From Macrostomum lignano (lineage: Eukaryota): a DNA stretch of 64,000 bases. This document shows, piece by piece, positions 32,561 through 44,484 of the stretch. The position numbers and the translations under genes were made by a program. The notes under the pieces were generated by a model. The model ran no database searches. It was not told the origin of the DNA and saw only the letters and a list, made by a program, of their open reading frames with translations. How positions within the stretch are numbered: position 1 is the stretch's first letter; each line of letters starts with the position of its first letter. The stretch lies in contig NIVC01001059.1 in assembly GCA_002269645.1 (NCBI GenBank), positions 248,001 to 312,000 of the forward strand. Direction: 5' to 3'.

Positions 32561-33414
32561 TCCCCCCCTTTTAGCGCCCGCCCCCGAATCTGCGCCCAGC
32601 GGACAATTTCACATCAGATAAGTAGGCACCCCTGACTAACCAGATGAAGCCGCATCGGAGTCTGAGTTTGCACTGCCCGGAACCCCATCATCCATCCATC
32701 CGGAAGACGCATGGCGCAGGAATGCAAAATTGCTGGCCGTTAAACAAGATTTTTTAGTTTGCTTTTGCAATAGCTGCTCAGATTGAGGCTGTTGCTGCTC
32801 GGAACAGGAGATCTGGGGTGGACGGGAAGCCTCCCAGATTGCCCAGATTACCCCCCCCCCCCGAACAAGCAGGAAGAAGCGGCGGCGCTCGTATATTTGA
32901 TATCCGGCTGTGCATGCAGTCCGTGGCGGGGCGGCCATTACTGCAGCGACATCCGTGTGCCGCCCCGGCCCGGCTTAGCCTTGCGGGCCCGCGAGGCCGC
33001 AGCGGCGAGAGTGGCCGCCCTGGGGACCGGCGAATTCCCCGCCCGGCAATGCCCGGCCAGTTTCTTTAACATGCGAGCAGCTCGTTTTGCCGTTTCTGTT
33101 TTGCTCCGGGGGGGGGGAATTTATCGATAGTGCAAATCTGCTGCTGCTGCTTGTTGCCATGCGGCCCTCGCTGACTCAGCAGCCCGGCTCTTATCAGCCA
33201 TGGCGATCATTGAATCCGGTTCACCGCGTCCATGGGAAAATTCTCCACCCCTTCCGCTGATTTACTGCCAAGGCCAGCTCTGACACGTGTGAGCAACTCA
33301 TGTGCGAGACTTCCGGTGGAATGCTTGAGCAGCTGAACTCGAAGGCTCGCTGAAGAAATAGGATTGGGAACGGCCTAAACTGAATCCCCACCTTCTGGCA
33401 TATTTACTCCTGGC

Positions 33415-34322
33415 CAGTCCTGACCAGTATCCTGCCATCCCTGTCACCAGTATCCTGCCATCCCTGTCACCAGTATCCTGCCATCCCTGTCACCAGTATC
33501 CTGCCATCCCTGTCACCAGTATCCTGCCATCCCTGTCACCAGTATCCTGCCATCCCTGTCACCAGTATCCTGCCATCCCTGTCACCAGTATCCTGACATT
33601 CCTGTCACCACTATCCTGCCATCCCTGTCACCAGTATCCTGACATTCCTGTCACCAGTATCCTGCCATCCCTGTCACCAGTATCCTGACATTCCTGACAC
33701 CAGTATCCTGACATTCCTGTCACCAGTATCCTGCCATCCCTGTCACCAGTATCCTGACATTCCTGACACCAGTATCCTGACATTCCTGTCACCAGTATCC
33801 TGACATTCCTGTCACCAGTATCCTGACATTCCTGACACCAGTACTCTGAAATTCCTGACACCAGTATCCTGACATTCCTGACACCAGTATCCTGGCATTC
33901 CTGTCACCACTATCCTGACATTCCTGTCACCAGTATCCTGACATTCCTGACACCAGTACCCTGACATTCCTGTCACCAGTATCCTGACATTCCTGTCACC
34001 AGTATCCTGACATTCCTGTCACCAGTATCCTGATATTCCTGACACCAGTACTCTGAAATTCCTGTCACCAGTATCCTGACATTCCTGTCACCAGTATCCT
34101 GATATTCCTGACACCAGTACTCTGAAATTCCTGTCACCAGTATCCTGACATTCCTGTCACCACTATCCTGACATTCCTGTCACCAGTATCCTGACATTCC
34201 TGACACCAGTACCCTGACATTCCTGTCACCAGTATCCTGACATTCCTGACACCAGTATCCTGGCATTCCTGTCACCAGTATCCTGACATTCCTGTCACCA
34301 GTATCCTGATATTCCTGACATC
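33415..34322 (+). repeat. 23-bp minisatellite, about 39 units, ending at the EF-hand gene acceptor
   Basis: Unit CCAGTATCCTGACATTCCTGTCA. Confidence 0.97.
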
Positions 34323-34334
34323 CCGGCAGCCGCC

Positions 34335-34736
34335 ATGAGCCTCCGCGATCTCTTCAACGCCTTCGACACCGACGGCAACGGCACCCTGGACCGCGCCGAG
34401 TTCGGCGCCCTCCTCCGCGCCTTCAGCACCGACCTGGACGAGCCGAGCGTCCTGGCCATCATGGCCGATGTCGACCGCGACCGCAACGGCTGCGTTGACT
34501 TCGCCGAGTTCGAGGCGGTGGCCGCCAAGCACATCGGCGCCGAGCTGCCCGACCTGCGCTACCTCGCCGACTTCCGCGCCCTGGACGCGGACAGGAACGG
34601 CCTGCTGAGCCGGTCGGAGGCGGCCGAGCTGGCCTCGCGCCTCGGCCGCGCGGTGGACCCCAACCGGCTGGCCGCGGCCGACAAGAACGGCGACGGGAAC
34701 CTCAACTACCCGGAGTTCGTGCAGCTGATGCAGTGA
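34335..34736 (+). CDS. Calmodulin-like protein with four EF-hands, 133 aa, single coding exon
   Basis: Loops DTDGNGTLDRAE, DRDRNGCVDFAE, DADRNGLLSRSE, DKNGDGNLNYPE; GCCGCCATG start context. Too divergent to be calmodulin itself. Confidence 0.92.
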   Translation: MSLRDLFNAFDTDGNGTLDRAEFGALLRAFSTDLDEPSVLAIMADVDRDRNGCVDFAEFEAVAAKHIGAELPDLRYLADFRALDADRNGLLSRSEAAELASRLGRAVDPNRLAAADKNGDGNLNYPEFVQLMQ

Positions 34737-34827
34737 CCGCCGGCAGGATGAGCGCCGCAGGGGCATCAGCTTCGGGGCTGCAGCTGCGTCATCAACAATT
34801 AGGGATCTCCGAACTGGAGTGTGGGAG

Positions 34828-35240
34828 CCAATTGGGGTCTGGAATTCAGAGCACAGGTGCTGATTGGGGTCTGGAATTCAGAGCACAGGTGCTGATTGGG
34901 GTCTGGAATTCAGAGCACAGGTGCTGATTGGGGTCTGGAATTCAGAGCACAGGTGCTGATTGGGGTCTGGAATTCAGAGCACAGGTGCTGATTGGGGTCT
35001 GGAATTCAGAGCACAGGTGCTGATTGGGGTCTGGAATTCAGAGCACAGGTGCTGATTGGGGTCTGGAATTCAGAGCACAGGTGCTGATTGGGGTCTGGAA
35101 TTCAGAGCACAGGTGCTGATTGGGTCTGGAATTCAGAGCACAGGTGCTGATTGGGGTCTGGAATTCAGAGCACAGGTGCTGATTGGGGTCTGGAATTCAG
35201 AGCACAGGTGCTGATTGGGGTCTGGAATTCAGAGCACAGG
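34828..35240 (+). repeat. 32-bp minisatellite, about 13 units
   Basis: Unit GATTGGGGTCTGGAATTCAGAGCACAGGTGCT. Confidence 0.97.
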
Positions 35241-35767
35241 TCTGACTGGAATTCTCCTGTGCTCTCCTAAACTTTCAGTGGGGATCAGACTGCAGCACCC
35301 TGCTGAGTACTCTGAAGCCTCATCAAGCTGCCATAAGCAATTTGCATATTTGCTGACACACTTTGCCGCCTGCCTGAAGAGGCGTTTTGTCTGACTTGTC
35401 CCTACTGAAATCTTGCACTGGGGCTCCCATCTGCTTTATTCTGAGTTTGCCTCGCACATTAATTAAGCATCCATACACCGCTCCGACCTGTCAACCACAG
35501 CATCACATGCGCTCCATAATTACAAAATTAACTCTTCACGATGTTTTATTGCAGATCCCATACAGAATCTCCCCCAGTCTCGGTTTGCATTGCTAAATAC
35601 ATGGATGGCTATTCTCTACCAGGAGTTAATAAGTGCACATTGTACTTTTTGTGCCCTACGCAGCAGCAATCCTTAACAATAGCGCTAAGCCCTAAATAAA
35701 AATATTACTGGCAGTTAAACTTCCGTGAGTTCATTTGGAGTTGCACAGTGCATCGCGCGGGGCTGCG

Positions 35768-38491
35768 TCAGCGTTGCGCAGTCTCCGTCTGGCTGGTGGT
35801 CACCCAGCCGCTGCTGCTGGCGCTGCCGCCCGCTGACAGCTGCGACAGAAGCTCCGCCGTGTTGGCTGCCCGGAGCTGCGAATCCGAGGTGGCTGCGTGA
35901 TGAGCGCCACCGCCACTACTGCTCCTGAATGGTCAAGTGCGTGCAACAGTCACTGCTTGACTGAAGTCTTGCTGCATCCCCAGTGAGTTCCTGAAGCCCT
36001 GCTGCATCCCCAGTGAGTTCCTGAAGCCCTGCTGCATCCCCAGTGAGTTCCTGAAGCCCTGCTGCATCCCCAGTGAGTTCCTGAAGCCCTGCTGCATCCC
36101 CAGTGAGTTCCTGAAGCCCTGCTGCATCCCTAGTGAGTTCCTGAAGCCTTGCTGCATCCCCAGGTCTCACCCGGTCCCAGTTGTCCAGTCCGAGGCGCTG
36201 GAGCTCCATGTGGACCAGCTGCACCAATCAGCACTGAAGTGCAAATTTCATGGCACAAATGGCTTCGCTCAGCACAGAGAATTCTTAGGCTTCCAGATTC
36301 CATCTCGCAACTCAGCACTCACCTGTTCTGCACCTGCGCATTGTGGCCACCTCGGGGCCTCCTTCGCCTTTTTCTCCGCCTCCGACGCCGCTTGCGCCTC
36401 CTCCTTGGTCTTCTCTTCTTCCTGCGCGACCTCCTCCCCTTCCTTCGCCTCTTCCTTTTCTTCTTCGGCTTGCCTCCTTCCTTGCTCGCTTCCTTGGCCG
36501 GCTGTTTGGCCCCCTGCGCCGCCAGCTGCCGCTTCAAGATGATCCGCTCGAAGGCGCGGCCCATGTCTATGTGCTCGCTGCACATGGGCCGACCGAACTG
36601 GTCGATGACGAACTCCCAGCTGAGCAGGCAGCCGCAGAGGCTGCACATGAAGCACTCCGGATGGCGCAGCGTCGTGTTGCACCGGTCGGTCAGCTGGATG
36701 GCCTCGCCGACAATCTGGGTGCCGCAGACGGCGCAGGCAGCTGCTTGCGGGTGGTGCGCCGGGCACAGCGGCTGCCGGCGTTCATCGAGAGTGAAGCCGG
36801 GCTCGAATTTCAGGACGGCGCCGCAGGCTGTGACGCTGCAGTACAGGTGGTGAGGGTGGTAGGCCTTGCCGTGCAGCTCGACCTGGGCTTCGGGAGTGAC
36901 GACAGGATAAATTAGGATGCACGAATGTGACGTATTTCTATTTTGCACCTTTGCAGTTTGCTAGGGTGCCACTGGTGTCTTTTTGATGCCATTTTTGCAT
37001 CTTTTTGGGCCATTTCAGTGTCTGTTTGGGTGCCATTTTGATGGCTGTTTGGGTGTCATTTTGATGGCTGTTTGGGTGTCATTTTGATGGCTTTTTGGGT
37101 GCCATTTTGATGGCTGTTTGGGTGTCATTTTGATGGCTGTTTGGGTGTCATTTTGATGGCTGTTTTGGTGTCATTTTGATGGCTGTTTTGGTGTTATTTT
37201 AATGGCTGTTTGGGTGTTATTTTAATGGCTGTTTTGGTGTCATTTTGATGGCTGTTTGGGTGCTATTTTGATGCCTGTTTGGGTGTCATTTTGATGGCTG
37301 TTTGGGTGTCATTTTGATGGCTTTTTGGGTGCCATTTTGATGGCTGTTTGGGTTTCATTTTGATGGCTGTTTGGGTGCCATTTTAGTGCCTCATCGCTAG
37401 GTGGAACCTGGAAGGAAGCTGGGTGCCAGGGTCGGGAACATATACATGTACACGCGCGATGGTGAATTCCATAATCGAGAGTTTTTCAGGGAAGCTCGCT
37501 TAGAGATTTGTTAATAAGCCAGGCAATCTGTGACCAGAGCACTGCCGCACTGTAGCGAGAGTCCGCTGTCAGTTTTGCGTGACCCGCCCGAGCAGGAACT
37601 CCCGGGCCAGGCCATAAAGGCTGAGGGAGACTTGATTAAAATTAATTCATTTGATTGAAGCTTCTATAGCTTCATCAGCCGCGTAGTCCCTGCAGCTTCC
37701 CCGATCACTTCACCAATGAGAAGATTTTGAAAAAATGTTCTGATTGACAAAGCAGCAAGTTGAGGCGAGCTGGATCAGAATGTTTAGGAAGTTCCATTCA
37801 GGTGTGCTTGCAAAGCCTCACATTCTTGAGCTGCCTCATGATTGACGCTTTTAGCTTTAATGCTCAGCGTGCAAATTTTATCGATCGGAGTCTGTGATTG
37901 GGTGGCACATCATCTTCCCACGGATTTCCACTGTGGGCTGAGGAGGCTGCCCCAATCTCCCACATGGGTGCCACTCTGGGCTGAGTCCCAACCCAGGGTA
38001 AAGTCTTTCGATCACGAGCCCTCCCAGCGACTTGCCCAGCTCTTCCCGTTGATGATGGGGCCGCCGCAGTGAGCGCAGATGGTCAGCACGCGGAAGCAGC
38101 GCTGACAGCAGATCCGGTTGCCCAGCCGGAAGGCGCGCAGGCCCAGCATCACCGAGCAGCAGATGCAGCAGCGAAAGCACTCAATGTGGCAGGCCATGAG
38201 GTCCGTGCGGATGAACTGGTCTCCGGAGATCAAGTCCTTGCAGAAGTGGCACCGCGAGCCGCTGTTCAAGGAGCCGAGCCGGGTGGACGCGATATTGACC
38301 CCGGCTGACCCCCACACGACCATCGCTTGCTGTTGCTGTTGCTGCTGCCGTTGTTGTTGCTGTGGCGGCTGCTGCTGCGGGATCTGCGGTGGCGGCAGCT
38401 GCTGTGGGATCTGCGGAGGCGGCAGCTGCTGCTGCATCTGCGGAGGCTGCAACGGTGGCTGCTGCGGCCAGCCCGCCATAGGCGCGGCCAT
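35768..38491 (-). CDS. Three-LIM-domain protein, about 411 aa, P/Q-rich N-terminus and Arg/Lys-rich tail (exons 38491-38036, 36882-36323, 36233-36171, 35924-35768)
   Basis: Three C-x2-C..H-x2-C-x2-C..C-x2-(C/H) domains. Exon lengths 456+560+63+157 = 1236 nt with matching phases 0/2/2. Confidence 0.85.
35965..36162 (+). repeat. 30-bp intronic minisatellite, about 7 units
   Basis: Unit GCTGCATCCCCAGTGAGTTCCTGAAGCCCT. Confidence 0.97.
37030..37385 (+). repeat. 23-bp intronic minisatellite, about 15 units
   Basis: Unit ATTTTGATGGCTGTTTGGGTGTC. Confidence 0.96.
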
Positions 38492-40619
38492 GAGACAGGA
38501 GTGCCAAGTTCAGTCAGCGCAATTCCTCCACAGGCCGTCCCGTGTTGCGACAAGAAAGAAATGACTGATCATGACTGACTGAGCATATGGGGGATCGCAT
38601 CAGACTTGGCTGAATGCATCAAAACCAGAATCATATAGTAGGAGTCACTCGGAGCCATAGACGACTGCAATGAAGTGAAACATGCAAAACTTCGAGCAAA
38701 CAATGGATAAACCAAGGAATTCTAAATCTAGCAACTGGAATAACAACTGAAATAGCGGTGAGGACTTTTTTATACAAGATGAGGCTACTGCGATTGCCAC
38801 AGACATAGGATTTGTTTGCCGCATCAACTTATTTAGATTGCCACTAAGAAGAATCAGCTTCGTTCGCCTTATTTGTCTTAGCCTGTAAGCACTAATATGC
38901 CAGAGTGACTTTGCTGAAGCCAAGTCTCTGCAGAAGTTTTGCGTCCTCTGCATGCCAAATAAATGCGCCGTTTTTGGCTGCAAGTCCGGCAGCGAGTCGG
39001 AAACGCGCACGTTTGTTTACGTGTTTACGTCGCACACTTGCGATCTCTAATCTTGGCCTCATCTTGTATATAGCTGATATTTCAGTTGTCATTCCAGTTG
39101 CTAGATTTAGAATTCCTTAGATAAGTAATCAGTGGTCGAGCGCCATAGAAATGTTGTCACGTGCTGCGACCGCTGATTCTTTGCATTGTTTTGCTGCCTG
39201 ACGTAGTAATGCATAAAAATGCGTATATTGATCGTCAAATTGCTAGACAATGCTTTCAGGAAGTGATTTTCCCGCTGTATTACGCACATTGAGAACTATG
39301 TTTTGTCCCATGCTGCGGGCACTCATTTCCTGGAAAACGATCTACGCGAACAAGTTGAGATTACAGCACCTGAGGTCAGCGGAAAGTGGAAGCATTATAA
39401 TTTCAATTCTCCGCGATCCCCTTGCAGCATCGATTTGAACTCAATTCGCCCCAGAACTGCCGTCAGTTGTGGTCGGACAGTCTGATGATAGAACTTCAGG
39501 CTGCTGCTGTGTCCCCAGCCCGCTGACTCAGGGCAAACAATCAATTCCACTCGGCTGCCCAGCCAGATACGCTAATAAAATTGCTGGGAGCCAAAAACAC
39601 AGCTGGGCGGAGTGACCAGTCAATATCGGATATTTGACTTCCAGTTTAGACAGCCAAATTCCTGACTAAACACAGCAGCCCTGGCCGCGGCTTCCGCTTG
39701 GCAACGGCAAAGCTGCGGCGCTGTTACTCTCAGCGGCCGAATTGTTTGTTATAGTCCAGTCGATAGCCGAAAAAATTGTTGGAGCCGGTGGCCATTGGTT
39801 AATCGATACTCCAGCTTCGTTACGATCGTATACGTTTCTCGTAGAGATTGTTAATCCAGTCCCCTCAGAGTTTTCCACCAGTGGGTGCTTCAACAATGGA
39901 CAATCTCCTATATGGGTTGACTGACGTACATTTTAAATCAATTAGTCGGTTGCTTCACCAGAAATTACAGTATATAATTGATCTGAAGTAAAATCCTCGG
40001 CGAAATTAAAAAACTCGGCTAGTGCCTCATTATTCAGTACGCTTCGGCCGATCCAAATACGAATACCATTTATGTTACGCCCATTAAACCGTAAGCCACA
40101 AATATGAATTATTCTCAATGTACTAGACTATGGGGGATTCCCATCCGGTAGCGGCGCCCAGCAGACCTGGGGCGGCCTTCCAATTCATCCGGGCCGTCGG
40201 CAGGCCGTGTCCCAGAGAGCCCAGCTGCAACGACAGTGTCCACCAGACCATCATCTTGCGCCGGCGGTGACTCCCAGCTGCAGGCGGGCCACGTGATCCA
40301 GACCAAGAGCTACATGTACATGTAACTGCCCCCCAGCCTCTGCAGGATGTCGCTGCTCAACATTCAAGGGCCATTTACGAGTTGACGGGGCCAGGCGCGA
40401 CACGGGAACTGCCTGCTGTGTTGGACCTGCCAACACAAACACTGGTCCGCTCGATCGCGCTACAGCGTGCAGTGCCATCTGACGCACTCTCTGACCGCAT
40501 GACTACTTTTAAGGTTGCACCTGTTTTTACTGCGATTTCTATCGACTGCTGACAAGGGACAAGTGTCAACGGGTTGCCGACACTGGGGAAATTTTCAGGT
40601 TGCTCACAAGACGCTCGTA

Positions 40620-41505
40620 TGTCATTCCCAATGGGTGGCTGATAATAGGTCATTCCCAATGGTTAGCTGATAATAGGTCATTCCCAATAGGTGGCTGATA
40701 ATAGGTCATTCCCAATGGTTAGCTGATAATAGGTCATTCCCAATAGGTGGCTGATAATAGGTTATTCCCGATGGGTGGCTGATAATAGGTTATTCCCGAT
40801 GGGTGGCTGATAATAGGTCATTCCCAATAGGTGGCTGATAATAGGTCATTCCCGATGGGTGGCTGATAATAGGTTATTCCCGATGGGTGGCTGATAATAG
40901 GTCATTCCCGATGGGTGGCTGATAATAGGTCATTCCCGATGGGTGGCTGATAATAGGTCATTCCCGATAGGTGGCTGATAATAGGTCATTCCCAATAGGT
41001 GGCTGATAATAGGTCATTCCCGATGGGTGGCTGATAATAGGTCATTCCCGATGGGTGGCTGATAATAGGTCATTCCCGATGGGTGGCTGATAATAGGTCA
41101 TTCCCAATGGGTGGCTGATAATAGGTCATTCCCGATGGTGGCTGATAATAGGTCATTCCCAATGGGTGGCTGATAATAGGTCATTCCCGATGGTGGCTGA
41201 TAATAGGTCATTCCCAATGGGTGGCTGATAATAGGTCATTCCCGATGGTGGCTGATAATAGGTTATTCCCAATGGTTAGCTGATAATAGGTCATTCCCGA
41301 TGGGTGGCTGATAATAGGTTATTCCCAATGGTTAGCTGATAATAGGACATTCCCAATGGGAGGCTAATACATGTAATAGGTCATTCCCAATAGGTGGCTG
41401 ATAATAGGTCATTCCCGATGGGTGGCTGATAATAGGTTATTCCCAATGGTTAGCTGATAATAGGACATTCCCAATGGGAGGCTAATAATAGGTCATTCCC
41501 AATGA
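40620..41505 (+). repeat. 28-bp minisatellite, about 31 units
   Basis: Unit ATAATAGGTCATTCCCAATGGGTGGCTG. Confidence 0.97.
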
Positions 41506-42404
41506 GAGGCCCAATAACCGGACAATCTCAAGGATATGCCAATCTGGTGGATTCTAAAAAAACAGGTTGCGTTCTGCACTGTGGCAATGGTGAAAACCGA
41601 TTACAATTGTAGATCAGAAGAATCTCAACTCGAATCTCAGAACAGAAGCAGCTTGGCTTGAAGCAGGCAGGTCACTGGAAAAATTTGCAATATTTCAGAA
41701 CCATTTCCAGTTGCTAAGTGGTTGAGATTAATAATTCAGTAACTGACTTAACGATAAGAGAAATATCTGGGTCTGTAGGGAGCAGTAAATTTCATTTCTT
41801 CAGTTCATAAAATCAATTTCCATGCCATTTTAGAGACAATTTCAAATGAAACAGAGTTTTAACCCAGTTTTAAACTTTTAAGGTTGTTTCCATTAAAAAG
41901 GCAAAATGAAAGTGCTAATTTCATTTATTAAAATCGCTAAATAATTAATAATCCCAGTTTTATTTTCACACAAACTCCAATAAAGCAGAGCTGCCGCTCC
42001 GCAAAAAGACAAGCGGGCACAAATAAGAAAAACAAAATTCATCTTTCAGGGCCGTAGGAAAATTATGCCAGCGGACAGTTTGATGGTTTTGGGAAAATAA
42101 TGAGCAGAACAAACAGCAAAATGTCCTAAGCATGCTACTTACTGTTAAGTAGTAAGCGAAAGCCAATACTACTTATCTAATTGGTAGATCTATCAGCCAT
42201 CAGCTCGTAAGAAGGGGGCCGGAATTAACTAAGGGGGCCGGAAAAGCAGATTAACACGCACTCTGGATTCGAATGCAAAGTCACCATCCATGCTGTGCTC
42301 TGCTGCTAATCCGGAGAAACTCCAGCAATTCAAGTTGCGATTGCTACCTGCCCAAGATATCTCTTGTGTAATAAATAAAATGGGGTAGCCGAGGGGAGGG
42401 CAGC

Positions 42405-43997
42405 TCAGTGCTGCCGATTCAGCAGTCGGTCGATAAGCGAGTGCAGAGCCTCACTGGCCGGCACAGCGGGCAGCTGGCTGAGCTGCCAGTGGGCCTCGCG
42501 GCAGTGCAGCTGGGCCAGCATCCGGGTCTGGCCAACGCCGTCGGCGCGGGCCACGCTGTCCAGAGCCAGCTGGAGGTCACCTGGACGGGAGAGCCGGCGG
42601 GCAACGGCGGCCCGCAGTTGCGGACAGGTCTGCATGGCAAACAGCACCGGCCCAGTGAGGACGCCGCGGCGCAGGTCGGCAGCACCAGCAGGCTTGCCCA
42701 GCTGGACGTCAGAGGCCTCAAAATCTAGCAAGTCGTCAACCTGCGGGTCCGAGTAGGGTTGACGGGGAGAGCGACAGGGTCAGCTGGGCCGGGTTTTTTG
42801 AGTTTCGAAAGCAGATTTTGATATTAAAAACGTCTTGAGAAGTTGGCATCAGTCTGGTAGGTGGTAGATACAGCGGAGTCTTCATCTGGACTCGAGAGTG
42901 GTGCATGAATTCATCATCTGGCATCAATATGTGGAATGGAACAGTGAGATGTTGCTGTGCTTCAGCAATATACCGAAATCCCCCGACGGGACTACTCAGC
43001 TATTAGTGGTAAAGAAAGCATTTTCTGAATCTTGGAAATCTCTCAGACGCTCACCAGCTGGAACGCCATGCCGATGCTGCGCCCGAGTTCGAATGCGGCT
43101 GCCGCGGTAGCCGGACTGGAGCCTGGCGCCAGAACTGCGGCGCACTTGGCCGAGTGCGCCAGCAGCGCGGCGGTCTTCCTATAAGTCCTGGCCAGGTAGC
43201 GGCCGAGATCGCCGGTCTCGCCAAGCTGGTCGAGCTCGCCGCGCACCAGGTCGCTGATGGCTGTGGCCATGCCGCGGACAACTAGCGGGTGGCCAGTGCC
43301 GGCCAGCAGCTGGGAGGCCACGCCAATCATGTGATCGCCGGCCAGGACAGCGTCGCGATGGCCGAATCGGCTCTGCACGGAGGCGGCCCCGCGGCGCAGG
43401 TCGGAGCCGTCGATGAGATCGTCGTGGATCAGCGAGGCGGAGTGGATCATCTCTGTTACTATGGCGACGGTGCGCTGCCGCTGGCAGGCCGGCGGACCGG
43501 CATTGCAGACGTGCGACACCAGCAGGACAAGCAGGGGCCTAACCAGCTTCCCGGGCGCGTCCAGATGGTGCCGCATCATTCGGCTGAGTTTATCGGGCGC
43601 CGAATCGGGCGTCAGGTGAGTCCGCATGTCGGCCGCCAGGGTCGCCGTCTCGGCTTGGAGCTCCGCGAGCAGCCGCTCCGACTCTGGCGTAGGCGGCGTT
43701 GAGGATGAAGCGTCTTGGGCGCCGATGGCGGTGGCGCTGATGCGGGCGCGAACCGGCGCGCTAAAGCAGAAGCGGCGAGCGCAAGCGGCGCAGACGCGAA
43801 GCCTGCGTCAGGAAATGGAATTCAAACCGAATGAAAATAAATGCGGTGAAAATTGTACCAAGACTCGAGTGGCCAGGCACTGTCAGTGGGTAAAGCTTGA
43901 CCTCACAATGGGTCGGAATAGCGTATATTTTAGCATCATAAAATATAATATTCAGAGTGCAATAAATCATATTATCGAGAACTCACCGAGAGTACAT
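42405..43997 (-). CDS. PDSS1: Long-chain trans-prenyl diphosphate synthase (decaprenyl-PP synthase subunit 1), 364 aa (coding exons 43997-43987, 43802-43055, 42740-42405)
   Basis: GKLVRP, EMIHSASLIHDDLID (FARM), RRG, KTAALL, GMAFQL|VDDLLD (SARM), GKP..ADL..G..TGPVLFA. Arg-rich N-terminus resembling a mitochondrial presequence. Splice phases consistent. Confidence 0.88.
42849..42917 (-). ncRNA. Box C/D snoRNA, paralogue 1 (last intron of PDSS1)
   Basis: C box ATGATGA, C' ATGAAGA, D box CTGA. The D' guide CATGCACCACT is complementary to the conserved 18S segment (G/A)GUGGUGCAUG. Confidence 0.85.
43883..43939 (-). ncRNA. Box C/D snoRNA, U54/SNORD54-like guide (intron after the start-codon exon)
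   Basis: C-like ATGATGC, D' CCGA, C'-like GTGAGGT, D CTGA. The 13-nt guide AATATACGCTATT is complementary to conserved 18S AAUAGCGUAUAUU. Confidence 0.78.
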
Positions 43998-44148
43998 GTG
44001 GATACTACTGGTGGCTCTCTTGAACACAGGCAGAAAATCGAAGGCCTAATCGCGGTGCTCAGCTGAAGCAGAGAAAAATAAAATATAGTTTTTATAATAG
44101 AGAAAAAGAACAAATTTTCTAAGTAAAAATGTTTGACTGCAAGTTGCA

Positions 44149-44216
44149 TCAGACTGGTAGGTGGTAGATATACCGTCCTCATTATTCAATAGGAGTGGTG
44201 CATGATTTATCATCAC
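44149..44216 (-). ncRNA. Box C/D snoRNA, paralogue 2 (5'UTR intron)
   Basis: C box GTGATGA, C' ATGAGGA, D CTGA; same two guide elements as paralogue 1, diverged spacer. Confidence 0.85.
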
Positions 44217-44416
44217 ATGAATCATAGCACAGGCCTAGGCCTTAGCCTAACAGAAATGATTGGAACTCACATCAAATTGATCTGGCCATAGCCATCCGAG
44301 ACCTGCCTTTTGATGACGACGATGGAGGCTGCAAGACAAATTGTTGTTTAAAGTATTAGCAAACAAATCTAACACAATACTATAATCCAAAAGTCAGATA
44401 TTATACAATAAATAGC

Positions 44417-44484
44417 TCAGTCTGGTAGGTGGTAGATCAAAGGAGTCTTCATGTTAACTCGAGAGTGGTGCATGAATTCATCAT
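44417..44484 (-). ncRNA. Box C/D snoRNA, paralogue 3 (5'UTR intron)
   Basis: C box ATGATGA, C' ATGAAGA, D CTGA; same two guide elements. Confidence 0.85.

Noticed and set aside
36269-36766. Glu-rich alternative frame (EEEKEEAKE...) as the LIM protein tail
   Set aside because: It needs a frameshift; the Arg/Lys frame joins the next two exons in phase without one.
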